Part shown: positions 55,001 through 63,150 of the stretch, piece by piece
How the letters are laid out: every line of letters begins with the position of its first letter
Position numbering within the stretch: position 1 is the first letter of the stretch
Made by a program: the position numbers and the translations under genes
From: a bacterium
GTDB lineage: Bacteria > UBA9089 > CG2-30-40-21 > SBAY01
DNA length: 63,150 nt
Direction of reading: 5' to 3'
Assembly: GCA_040755795.1 (NCBI GenBank)
Contig: JBFLXS010000001.1
Span: forward strand, 1 to 63,150
Notes under the pieces: generated by a model
What the model saw: the letters and a program-made list of their open reading frames with translations, nothing else
Told to the model about the DNA's origin: nothing
Databases searched by the model: none

Positions 55001-58000
55001 TTCTCGTCCTTCAGGAGGCGACATAATCCCCGCAATTCCGATTACTCTTTCCCCAAATGGATATATAGGAAATGATGTATAAGCAAATGAAAAATCTCCA
55101 TTAATTGTTGCTTGAGCAGAACCATCCTTGTCCACAGGAGTAGGAGTACGATCAATGGCATAGTAATAATATTCATTATATTTAAGACCATTCCCATAAA
55201 TTTCTACTCCCGTTCCTATTGTCCCATAACTGGGTGAAACTTTATAGATATTGGCAACTATATTAAAAGTATTATTTGTTGATGACTGGCCAGAACTTGA
55301 ACCAATAGCGGTAATAGTCGTTCCTGCCATCCGATTAGAAGACTGGGTATTCACGCTAAATTCTACCGTAAATGTCCCGGCTGAATTTGTTGTGGCAAAG
55401 GCAATACTACTATGATTACCAAATTCTATCCTGATACTTTCTGTCGTCAGATACCCATTTCCATAAACCGTTACCCTACTACTAACTACCCCTTTTAGAG
55501 GTGTAACTAAGTATATTCCTCCCACAATACAAAAAGCAGTCCCGGTTGCCACAGAAGAGCCTTGCAGACCTGTCAGTTTAATCGTAGTAGTGCCAAAAGG
55601 TTGTGTATCTATCGTAAATGTCGCGGTAAGAGACCCCGAAACTGTTGAATTAAATGTTCCCATATTATGCATCCAGAGTCCAAAGGTAATATTTATCCCG
55701 CTTGTAGCCTCAAATCCATTACCTTGTACAGTAACTAATGTCCCTACACTCCCTCTGTTTGGACTAACACTGATGATATGAGATAAGATACGATAAGTTG
55801 AGGTAGCTGCAGTAATCCAACTCATATTTACTGCCGTCACCTTTATAGTCGTCGTGCCATAAGGATGACTCCTTCCACCTGCGGTATTAGTAAATACAAT
55901 ACTAAATGTCCCATTGACATTCGTTGTCCCTGGATTTCCTGGATTTATCACCTGAATAGTACCAAAATCAATTAAAATCTGCCCATTAGCCAGGAATCCT
56001 TCACCTTCTACTGTAACTATTGCCCCTACTATCCCTGAAATTGGTGTTAGATAAGTAATCCTCTGTTTTACATTAAAGGTAGCCTCTGGTGTGGTCAAAG
56101 AAGCAATTCCTCTTGCCTTAACTGTCGTAGTTGCTGGTTGCTGAACTACAGTGAAAACAGCAGTAAATGACCCTATCGTATCTGTTGTCGTCTGTGCTAT
56201 TGTGGTCACTAATCCAAAGTCTATTTCTACCCGTTCCTCCTGCTTAAACCCATTTCCATAAACAGTAATCAATTCACCAACAGAAGCACTTCCAGGATTA
56301 ATCCGATAGATATTACCAATTATCTTAAACCTATCTGTATCCGTAGCACTTGCACCCCAGGTATCTCTAACATTGATAGTTGTTGAGCCAAAAGGCTGGG
56401 TATCTACGGTAAATGTTACCGAGAATGTCCCATAAGCAGAGGTAGTAAAGGTATTGCGTGGATGAGCAGGAATGCCTAAAGTTATTGTTCCCAATGTTGC
56501 CGAGCCAAATCCACTACCTCTTACCGTAACATAACTCCCTACTGTCCCTTGAGCAGGTGTAATCTCAGGAAATGCCGACATCACACTAAATGTCCCTTCG
56601 CTAAACCTACCCGAGGTAAATCCTCGAGCCAGGATTGTCCTTGTCCCATACGGCTGGTCCTGTGTAGTAAAAGCAATACTGAATGTCCCATTAGAATTAC
56701 TCGTCCCTATGCCTATATTTGTTATATTCCCAAAATCCAGTCTAATGGCTTCACTTATGCCATACCCCTGTCCCAATACTGTAATCACCCTGCCAATCGT
56801 TCCAGAAGAAGGAGTAACCTGATAAATTGATGCTTGAACAAAGAAGGCAGTTGTCCTGGTTGTTCCGGAGAGCATCCCGCGAGCTGTAATGCTTATCGTT
56901 GCGGGCTGTTGTAATACCGTAAGCACACAGGTGAATGACCCAAGTCCATCTGTATTAACCTGCCATTGATTGCTAAAGGTACCAAAATCTACCTGAACTT
57001 GCTCACTTGCCTTATACCCATTTCCATACAATGTTACCAACTTCCCTACTGTTCCAGTATTTGCTGTTACCCAGATATTACCAGTAATAGCAAATGTGGT
57101 TGTAGTGGCCTGAGCACCAGAAGAAATACCTTTGGCTACTATCGTTGCTGTGCCTAGAGGTTGTTTTGGCACAGTAAACTCAATGGTAAATGTCCCGGAA
57201 GAAGATACTGTCTTACTCCCTCTAAATTCAGCCGGAATACCAAAATAAACCTCCACTGTCTCACTTACCCCATAGCCATTACCGGATAAAGTTACAAAAG
57301 AACCAACTGTTCCTGAGATAGGCGTTACTTCAATTATATTGGCAAGAATAGTAATTGTATCTGTTGCTTCATAACCTCCTGAATTTCCAGCTACATCTTT
57401 AACCGTTATAGTAGCTGTCCCATATACCTGGGTGTTTATGGTAAAAGTAAAAGTAAAACTCCCTGCACTACCAGGAGAAGATGGACTCGTTCGCTCCTCA
57501 TCTCTTAAATAGACTATAAGATTAGCATTACCACTAAATCCATCTCCCATAACTGTAATTGTTACACCTACTATTCCTGATTGAGGTGTAGTTGAAGTAA
57601 TATGTGGTATTATCTTAAATTCTGTCTGTTTCTCCTGGTAGGAACTTGACACCCCCTTAACCTTGATGGTCTTACTCCCATACGGCTCTAAGGGAATAGT
57701 GAAGGTGATGGTAAATGAACCGCAGGCATTAGTGGTAACTACCGTAGTCAGCGTCCCGGTCGTGCCAAAAACAACATTTATCTGCTCTGTCGCACCGTAG
57801 CCAGTGCCGTTTATGGTTACCAAATCACCAACATTACCTATATACGGGCTAACCGGGGTAATATCCGCTCTGATGGCAAATGTGGTCGTAGCAGATTGAC
57901 CTGTGGCAACACTTATTGCTTTAATCGTATGCGTGCCATAACGCTGGGTATCAATTGTAAAAGTTACACTAAAACTACCATAAGGGCCAAAGGAACTCGT

Positions 58001-61000
58001 CGTAGTAATAGTCATTGTATTACCAAAATCTATCTGGATTAACTCTGTAGGCCCATAATTAACACCTTCCACTGTTATAACTGTTCCTACTGTACCGGTA
58101 GAAGGTGTAACCAGACTAATAGCCCTTACCTTCCACATAGTAATAGTGCCCAGTGTCTGGGTAGTTGAACCTAATATTCCTGTCCCCATTACAGTTGCAG
58201 TTCCGGTAATATAACCAGTCCTTGTTCCTGTCAAGGAAATAGTGGCATTATTTTTAGCCGGGTCAACCGGGATATAAACACAACCTGTCCCTGCATTTAT
58301 TGGCGTAGGAGTTCTCCAGCTACTACTTCCATAGACATCGGTTAAATTAGTCGATGTCGCTATAGTTACTCCGACATCATTCATCAAATTCCCAAATTCA
58401 TCAACTACCTTCACCTTTAAGACAAACTTTAAGCCATCACCATTGCTGGCTAAAAATGAAGGTATGGTTTGTGTGCCACCGGTAGCCGTGCCAACCTGAC
58501 TGCTTGTTCCCGTAACATAACCCTTCTTTGAGTATTGTGCCTGGAAACCTGTCCCTGTTCCAACCGCAATATACCAGGATGAGGTTGATGTTCCCCAAAC
58601 AGGTTGTTTAATATAAGATACCTCTGTAGTTGACCCTGGGATGAGTAATTTCACCGACTCGGTGCCAGTCGAAGGACCTTGTAATGTCAAAGTGCCACCT
58701 AACTCATCCTGCACCGTAGCTATTTTTACCGCATATTTCAAACTACCATCCGGCCCCATAAATTTAGGTCGCATCTGTAAAGTCTTGCTGGCAGTTACCG
58801 AAGCGGTTGACATAGTGATGACATAGCCATCTTTCCAGTACTGCCCCCAAACCGTGCCAGTAGCGGCGATGTACCAACTTCCACCACTGAATGTTTGTGT
58901 GCCACCATCGAGATAAGTAACCTCTTGTGTGCCCGTTGATGTCCCAAACAACCTCACCGTATCCGTCGCCGCAGGGGTTAAAGTATAACCCAACTCATCC
59001 ATCACATCACCACTGGAGACCTTAAAGGCAAAGAGAAGTTTTGGATTATGGGAAGTAGCATCAAAAGAATTTAAGGGACTATCAAAAGCAAGAGTTCTTT
59101 GATCAGCGCCACTACTTTGAGAAAACGTAAGGGTAGTAAGAGTTCCTACATATCCCTCTTTATCAATCCTTATCCTCCCACTCATGTCCGGAGTAATCGC
59201 TATATACCCCATTTGATTGGTAATAGTAGAGGTAATTATACTAAATGATCCTGTAGAACTGAAAGTTGTATTAGTTGAAGATAAAGCCAATGTGCCATTT
59301 AACTCATTAAGTGCACCAACAATCTTTAAATTAAATTGTAGACCTTTTATATTAGATGTTCCTAATTCAGAAATGAGAGTACTTCTGGCTGGATAATCAC
59401 CCATATTAATTATTATTTGGCCGGTAGAGGTAGCTATAATTCCATTAGATTCCTGCAATCCCACATTTGTATTTTCTGCATATACCCAACCTGAACGTCG
59501 TATGGACAATGTCCCCCTATCTTGAGTATCTTTCCAATACAATATATTTTGGACACTACCCGTATAGGTTTTTGTAGCCGGAATAGCTTCTCTAAATCTA
59601 CATGTAGTCAAAGAACTATAATCCACATTTTGCCCTAATTCATCTCTAACAACTACTTTTAATCCATATTTTAGCCCAGGTCCATCAAATCTGGCATTAA
59701 ATTTATCTGGCAAGCCTTCATCATAATCCACCGTACTCTGTGTTCCCGCAGATGGAGTTAAAGTAGCACCTGTTGTTACAAATCCTTTCACTGTAATATT
59801 TAATGTCCCATAAACAGTAGTTGTTGCCGCTACATAACCTATATTATTTTCAATCGTCCATGTCCCAATAACAAATCCACCTGATGCAGATATAAATGCC
59901 GCATCAGTAGGATTTATTAATCCTGCTAATGTTTCAGTTCCACCTAATTCATCCGTTACTCCAATTACCTTAATATTAAATTCTAATCCTTTAATGGTAT
60001 AAGTTGCCATTCGTGGAGTAAGAGAAGAAGTAGCAAGGGTAGAAGTTGCTACCATATCTATACAGACTTGATTAGCAGTACCAGTAGTTATACTTCCTAA
60101 CCCAAAATGGGTACAGGTAGCATTAACATATCCTGCCTTTTCAATGGTTAGAGTACTACCTGTTCCATTTGTATCTGCCCAATACAATGTAGTTCCCGTA
60201 TAAGTAGCCGGATTATAACCTCTAAATGTTGCCTTCCCTAAATTGAGATAATCAAAACTTGAAGTCCCGCCCAACTCATTACGCACTGTCACCTTTAATC
60301 CAAATTTCATTCTCGGTGCAATTTTCATCGCGGTAGGAAATTCTGTAGCAGTCCCAAATACTATAGTTGTCTGAGTCGCACCTGTAAGAGTTATAGTCGC
60401 ACTTGTATCTACATATCCAGTCTGTCGCACCGTTAAAGTCCCCGCTGGAGTAGTAAAACTTCCAGCCAAATACCAGATATTATCCTTAACTGTCTGCGTA
60501 GCAATTATAAAGCCTTCTGGAGTAAAAGGCAAACTGCTCGTCAAAGTCATTGTCCTGACTAACTCATCTGTTACTCCTAAAACTTTGATATTAAATTCTA
60601 AACCTTTAACCGTATATGTCGCTCTTGGTGGTGTTGTCTCTTCCTGCGTAATACCAAGAGGAGAAACAGTCCCTGTAGTATCCATCTTAATTACAATCTG
60701 GGTTTTAGAACCTGTCTCAATAAATCTCAATCCTCCATGCGTAACAGTTGCATATACATATCCTGTTTTATAAATATTTAATTCACCAATCCCATAAGTA
60801 TCCGCCCAATAATATGTTGTATCTGTTACTGTTGCTGGAGGTTGACCATCAAATAATTTAGTCGTCAAACTCTCACTCCCAAATCCCAATTTATTCCCTA
60901 ATTCATCTGCTACTATTACTTTCAAACCAAATGGTAAACAGGAAGCTACATAACTTGCTCCAATTGAAGGGAAAGGTGATGTATATTCTACACTCCTTAT

Positions 61001-63150
61001 CTCGTTATCTAATGGTGTAACACCTTTCTTTGAAATACTTATATAACCCTGTTTTGTTATAGTAAGAGTCCCTTGTTGACTTGTGGGGCTGCCGGCTATA
61101 TATCCTATATTGTTCCTTATTACTTGAGATACTATAGAAAAACCATCAGAAGAAGTAAATTCAGTATTATCTAACCCTAAACTATTTCCTAATTCATCTT
61201 TTGCTCCAATAACCTGTAAATTAAATTTCAATCCTTTAATAGTATAACTACCTCCATCAGAAATAAAGGTAGTTAATGTAGGATAATCTCCCATATCGAT
61301 AACAACCTGTCCATTAATACTGGTGGTAATACTCCCTAAGCCACTATTAATCACTTCAACAGGTATCCACCCTGTCCTCTGAACAGACAAAGTTCCCCCT
61401 ACACCATTAGTATCTGCCCAATATAATACATTATTTACTGATGTAGTAGTCGCACTTCCTCTAAAAGTTGCTTTTGTTAAACTTCCCAAATTATATCCAC
61501 TACTACTACCAAATTCATCTCTTACCACTACTTTCAATCCAAATGGTAATCCGGAGCCACTATAGTCTGCACCCCAACCAATGGATGGAGAAGAGTAAAA
61601 ATCAACCATTTTTTGTATGCTCCCTCCTACTTCTATATTACTTTTTGTTCTCTTCGTATATCCTGGAAGACTAACAGTAAGCGTACCGGTTGTAGTAGGA
61701 CTGGCTGCCATATATACTTTCCCGTCACAAATTGTTGATGTTGCTATGGTAAATACATCAGGTTCAAGTGTTATATCCGAAGTTATAGTTAAAGTATTAC
61801 CCAATTCATCAGTTATTCCTAATAGTTTTAAATTAAATGGTAGTCCCGTTGCAGTAAATGTCCCTCCTCCACTTGGGTTTGTAGTAAGAGCCGTTGTCCC
61901 TTTCAAAATTATTATCGTCTGAGTACCGTCGGTAGTTGAAACATCAAATAACCCGGAATCCGAATTAGAATCTACCTTTATATATCCTGTTTTAGTAGCT
62001 GCTAATTGTTTATTTGAAAGTGTAGTAATATAATAATGTTCATTACCTTCTATCCCTTGATTTGGGTAATTTGGAACCCCTCCATAATATAATACTGTAA
62101 CTCCCCTTAAGGGGTTCCCTAACTCATCATAAGTTATTACCTTCAATCTAAACTCCAACCCTTTAATCGCATAAATCCCTGCTGTAGAAATTGAACCTGT
62201 TCTAATCGTCTTTGTCGCATTATCACCACCTAAATCTATCACAATCTGACCTGATGATGTTCCGGTAATCCCACCGGCGGTAGTAATGTCTAATCCTGGA
62301 TGTGTCTTATTGGCATATATGTATCCTGATTTAAGGATAGACAAGGTTGCCGCTGTCCCCATCGTATCCGCCCAGTATAATGTTCGTGTTCCACCAGTAT
62401 CAGTATAAGTACCTGGATCTCTATTTCTAAATTTAGTGGTTAATCCCGTCGTCAACCCATTCCCCAACTCATCCCGCACTATCACCTTCAAGGCAAATAA
62501 AATGCCGGTAAAATCTACTGGAGTCTGCGATGAACTACTATAGGTAGCCGGCCCCGAAGTCGTCCTTACATAACCATCCACAACTAAACTCATTGTTCCT
62601 TGACCACTCGCCGCAACATAAATATACCCACCATCATATCTCCGCTCAACTTCACTTAAACCAGGTCCTAATGTAAGAGTTGAAGTAGCATCAGATGTCA
62701 AATACAAAGATATATTCCGTTCATTCGTAGCACTAATTCTAAAAGCCCCTGCTAATGTAACTTCACTTGTCACCGCACTTAATTCATTTCCACTTATCGT
62801 TGGAGCGGTCGTACTCGTCGGTAAATAACATGATACCGTCACCGTATATACATAGCTACCAGCGGCCATGGCAAAACTATACTTCCCACTACCAAGTTCC
62901 TTGAACTCTGTCGGCACATAGTCAACCCCTGCCTTCCTAAAAACAAACTTATCTCCAGGTAATCCTGTCGTCCCTACTCCATCCATCTTGCTGACCGTGA
63001 TGATTAAATTACCCTGTAATCTTACTTCACTTGTCACCGCACTTAATTCATTTCCACTTATCGTTGGAGCGGTCGTACTCGTCGGTAAATAACATGATAC
63101 CGTCACCGTATATACATAGCTACCAGCGGCCATGGCAAAACTATACTTCC
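1..63150 (-). CDS. Internal fragment of one giant ORF, open at both window edges (21,049 complete codons, from 63148 down to 2). It encodes a hyper-repetitive beta-sandwich-domain protein that looks like a surface fibre or adhesin.
   Basis: I translated the reverse complement by hand in the phase with codon first bases = 1 (mod 3). It was open at every stretch checked: 63148-61170 (about 660 codons), 58498-58081, 55258-54990, 50638-50341, 48718-48450, 33019-32960, 32638-32401, 11458-11221, 3058-2941, 790-481 and 60-2. The phase is identical at both edges (63148 and 7 are both 1 mod 3). The ORF track lists 11 minus-strand ORFs, all in phase 0 (mod 3), and none in this phase. Two or more in-frame stops would have produced listed M-to-stop ORFs, so the frame is essentially stop-free and was presumably omitted because it has no terminus in the window. 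The translation is a coherent repeated domain sequence rather than random text. All repeat offsets I measured (5,610, 5,604, 5,529, 5,799, 270, 264, 258 nt) are multiples of 3. Confidence 0.92.
488..709 (-). other. Representative single Ig-like domain of the array.
   Basis: Hand translation: FIGPNIILVAPTEGTVGSVVTVAGNGFGGNEPVQIQFGTTQTITMTTSEGCGSFSTTFTVDVQRIGTTTITAWG. The distance between the equivalent Gln of the preceding ..DTQPYG (781) and of this domain's ..DVQRIG (523) is 258 nt, or 86 codons. Confidence 0.75.
4790..5830 (-). repeat. Cluster of 4 'STYA[EQ]GSF' subtype domains (within super-repeat A, unit 1).
   Basis: The block ..ctaccttc.gcata.gttga.gta.ttt.aat.. repeats at about 4870, 5130, 5390 and 5650. 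Translations include TSTYAEGSFTTTFTIDTQRYGITT and TSTYAQGSFSTTFTIDTQPYGTTT. Confidence 0.6.
5611..9610 (-). repeat. Super-repeat A, copy 2.
   Basis: Same evidence as copy 1. The offset of 5,610 nt equals 1,870 codons, so the reading frame is preserved. Confidence 0.8.
17290..18780 (-). repeat. Cluster of about 6 'STYA[EQ]GS' / related subtype domains.
   Basis: Same subtype signature at about 17350, 17610, 17860 and 18110, with related domains at about 18350 and 18600. The expansion relative to the 4-domain cluster at 4790-5830 helps explain the longer super-repeat unit here. Confidence 0.6.
18501..24299 (-). repeat. Super-repeat B, copy 1 (about 5.8 kb, with one more domain than copy 2).
   Basis: 18801 (acagtggtcg...) aligns with 24600 (acagttgtcg...), offset 5,799. 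22851 (gtagcatacg...) aligns with 28380, offset 5,529. The 270-nt difference equals one 90-codon domain. It is present among the four domains at 18.8-19.8 kb, where copy 2 has three domains at 24.6-25.3 kb. Confidence 0.75.
22730..23400 (-). repeat. High-identity island within super-repeat B (copy 1 side).
   Basis: Over 90% identical by eye to 28259-28929, including an 83-nt perfect match (22848-22930 = 28377-28459). The sequence immediately below 22730/28259 is much more divergent (roughly 60% by eye). Confidence 0.8.
24300..29829 (-). repeat. Super-repeat B, copy 2 (about 5.53 kb, about 20-21 domains).
   Basis: Colinear with copy 1 (see above) and with 29830 onward. The order of domain subtypes is shared, for example the ..LRG[GIV]GY[QK]..EL[VI].[VI]DFG.. 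domain at about 18945, 24743 and 30258. Confidence 0.75.
28259..28929 (-). repeat. High-identity island within super-repeat B (copy 2 side).
   Basis: Partner of 22730-23400 at an offset of 5,529 nt (1,843 codons). Confidence 0.8.
29830..31100 (-). repeat. Super-repeat B, partial and more diverged copy 3.
   Basis: 29830-30850 aligns domain for domain with 24300-25330 (offset about 5,530). Homology is still recognisable in the atypical domain at about 30850-31100 versus 25330-25600, then is lost. Confidence 0.55.
42170..45250 (-). repeat. Run of about 12 consecutive closely related '..TSTYAEGS[FW]TTTFT[IV]DTQ..' subtype Ig-like domains.
   Basis: Adjacent domains share long near-identical stretches. 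44471-44590 versus 44729-44848 (offset 258 nt) have a 57-nt perfect match and 6 mismatches in 120 nt. 42440, 42700 and 42960 carry ggtaaatgtggttgtccatgacccttc[ta]gcataa.t.ga.gttgtctgaat.gtcc at a spacing of about 260 nt. Confidence 0.65.
58127..63148 (-). other. N-proximal block of about 16 tandem beta-sandwich repeats resembling carboxypeptidase-regulatory-like / PEGA (prealbumin-fold) domains.
   Basis: Hand translation gives repeated units such as GLPFGLKVVVRDEFGSSSGYNLGSLTKATFRG...LYWADTNGVGGTLSVQRTGWIPVEV and YTIKGLKFNLQVIGAKDELGNSLG...GTLTITKQGYISISK. The [LI]KV.V.DELGN core occurs 14 times. Its plus-strand complement (..ccYaaYtcatc) lies at about 62459, 62114, 61796, 61508, 61184, 60893, 60554, 60266, 59941, 59630, 59294, 58988, 58695 and 58388, spaced 288-345 nt apart. 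The pattern L.V.V.DE.G..L ... G.Y.[LIV].V...GY is typical of CarboxypepD_reg/PEGA-type domains. Not confirmed by any search. Confidence 0.55.
62760..62886 (-). repeat. Exact 127-nt direct repeat, copy 1.
   Basis: Base-for-base identical to 63024-63150. The offset of 264 nt equals 88 codons. It encodes KYSFAMAAGSYVYTVTVSCYLPTSTTAPTISGNELSAVTSEV. Confidence 0.95.
63024..63150 (-). repeat. Exact 127-nt direct repeat, copy 2 (runs off the window edge).
   Basis: Identical to 62760-62886. The match is cut by the end of the window, so its true extent is unknown. Confidence 0.95.

Larger units (their letters stand above)
2..58126 (-). repeat. Uninterrupted tandem array of roughly 215-220 IPT/TIG-like (E-set Ig-fold) domains, each about 85-105 aa (about 255-315 nt).
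   Basis: The same motif block recurs along the whole interval: [F/I].I.P.I..V.P..GTVG..VTV.GNGFGA.E.I.I.FGT...I....T...GSF..TFT[VI][DN]TQPYGTTTI.A.G. On the plus strand it shows as recurring ...ccataaggttg.gtat.[ag]a.... I counted 21 domains between 1018 and 6630 (5,612 nt, mean about 267 nt). Extrapolating that mean over 58.1 kb gives about 218. The G.GF ... I.FG ... beta-strand pattern resembles bacterial IPT/TIG and related Ig-like repeats. The family assignment is motif-level only. Confidence 0.8.

Noticed and set aside
1-58126. The regular periodicity of about 260-nt units, considered as a CRISPR array or non-coding satellite.
   Set aside because: The units are about 255-315 nt, degenerate and contiguous, with no short exact repeats alternating with unique spacers. 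All indels between copies are multiples of 3, one frame stays open throughout, and the substitutions I sampled are mostly synonymous or conservative. This is coding repeat DNA.
58000-58500. A possible boundary between two adjacent genes where the repeat type changes.
   Set aside because: Hand translation across 58498-58081 is continuous in the same phase. There is no stop, no intergenic spacer and no ribosome-binding or start context.
1-63150. tRNA, rRNA or other structured RNA genes, IS elements or transposases, phage genes, inverted-repeat termini, promoters and terminators.
   Set aside because: I saw nothing resembling them. The entire window is occupied by the repeat-domain coding frame, and no non-repeat or intergenic-looking sequence is present. 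This is a by-eye assessment only.
1-63150. Stop-codon reassignment (an alternative genetic code) as the explanation for a very long ORF.
   Set aside because: It is not needed. The frame appears free of all three standard stops, so the standard code already gives an open frame.

Overview
The whole 63,150-nt window appears to be the interior of one giant open reading frame on the minus strand. It is open at both window edges and is not listed in the supplied ORF track. Reading the reverse complement with codon first bases at coordinates = 1 (mod 3) (63148, 63145 ... 4) gives 21,049 complete codons. I found no stop wherever I translated by hand, and the phase is the same at both ends. All 11 minus-strand ORFs in the track are in another phase (0 mod 3), and every plus-strand ORF is a short antisense shadow of the giant frame.

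The product is Thr/Gly/Ser/Val/Ile-rich and entirely modular, with two parts:
(i) An N-proximal block (about 63148-58127) of roughly 16 prealbumin-like beta-sandwich repeats of about 90-115 aa (CarboxypepD_reg/PEGA-like). Most alternate between two flavours.
(ii) From about 58126 to the left edge, an uninterrupted array of roughly 215-220 IPT/TIG-like Ig-fold domains of about 85-105 aa. Consensus: P..GTVG..VTV.GNGFGA.E.I.I.FGT...I....T...GSF..TFT.DTQPYGTTTI.A.G.

The array has a second tier of organisation. About 21 domains form a super-repeat of about 5.5-5.6 kb. Clear copies lie at 1 vs 5611 (offset exactly 5,610 nt) and at about 18501 / 24300 / 29830 (offsets 5,799 and about 5,530 nt, differing by one clean 270-nt domain). 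There is also an identity island suggestive of gene conversion, a locally homogenised domain run, and an exact 127-nt in-frame duplication at the right edge.

I see no RNA genes, CRISPR arrays, mobile elements, promoters or terminators.

The notable object is the gene itself: a protein of at least 21,049 aa with neither terminus in view, consistent with a micrometre-scale surface fibre or adhesin. This is the class of giant gene reported from uncultivated bacteria such as Omnitrophota. Taxon and function cannot be established from this sequence alone.

Limits: domain-family names are motif-level calls, percent identities are by-eye estimates, and nothing here was computed.
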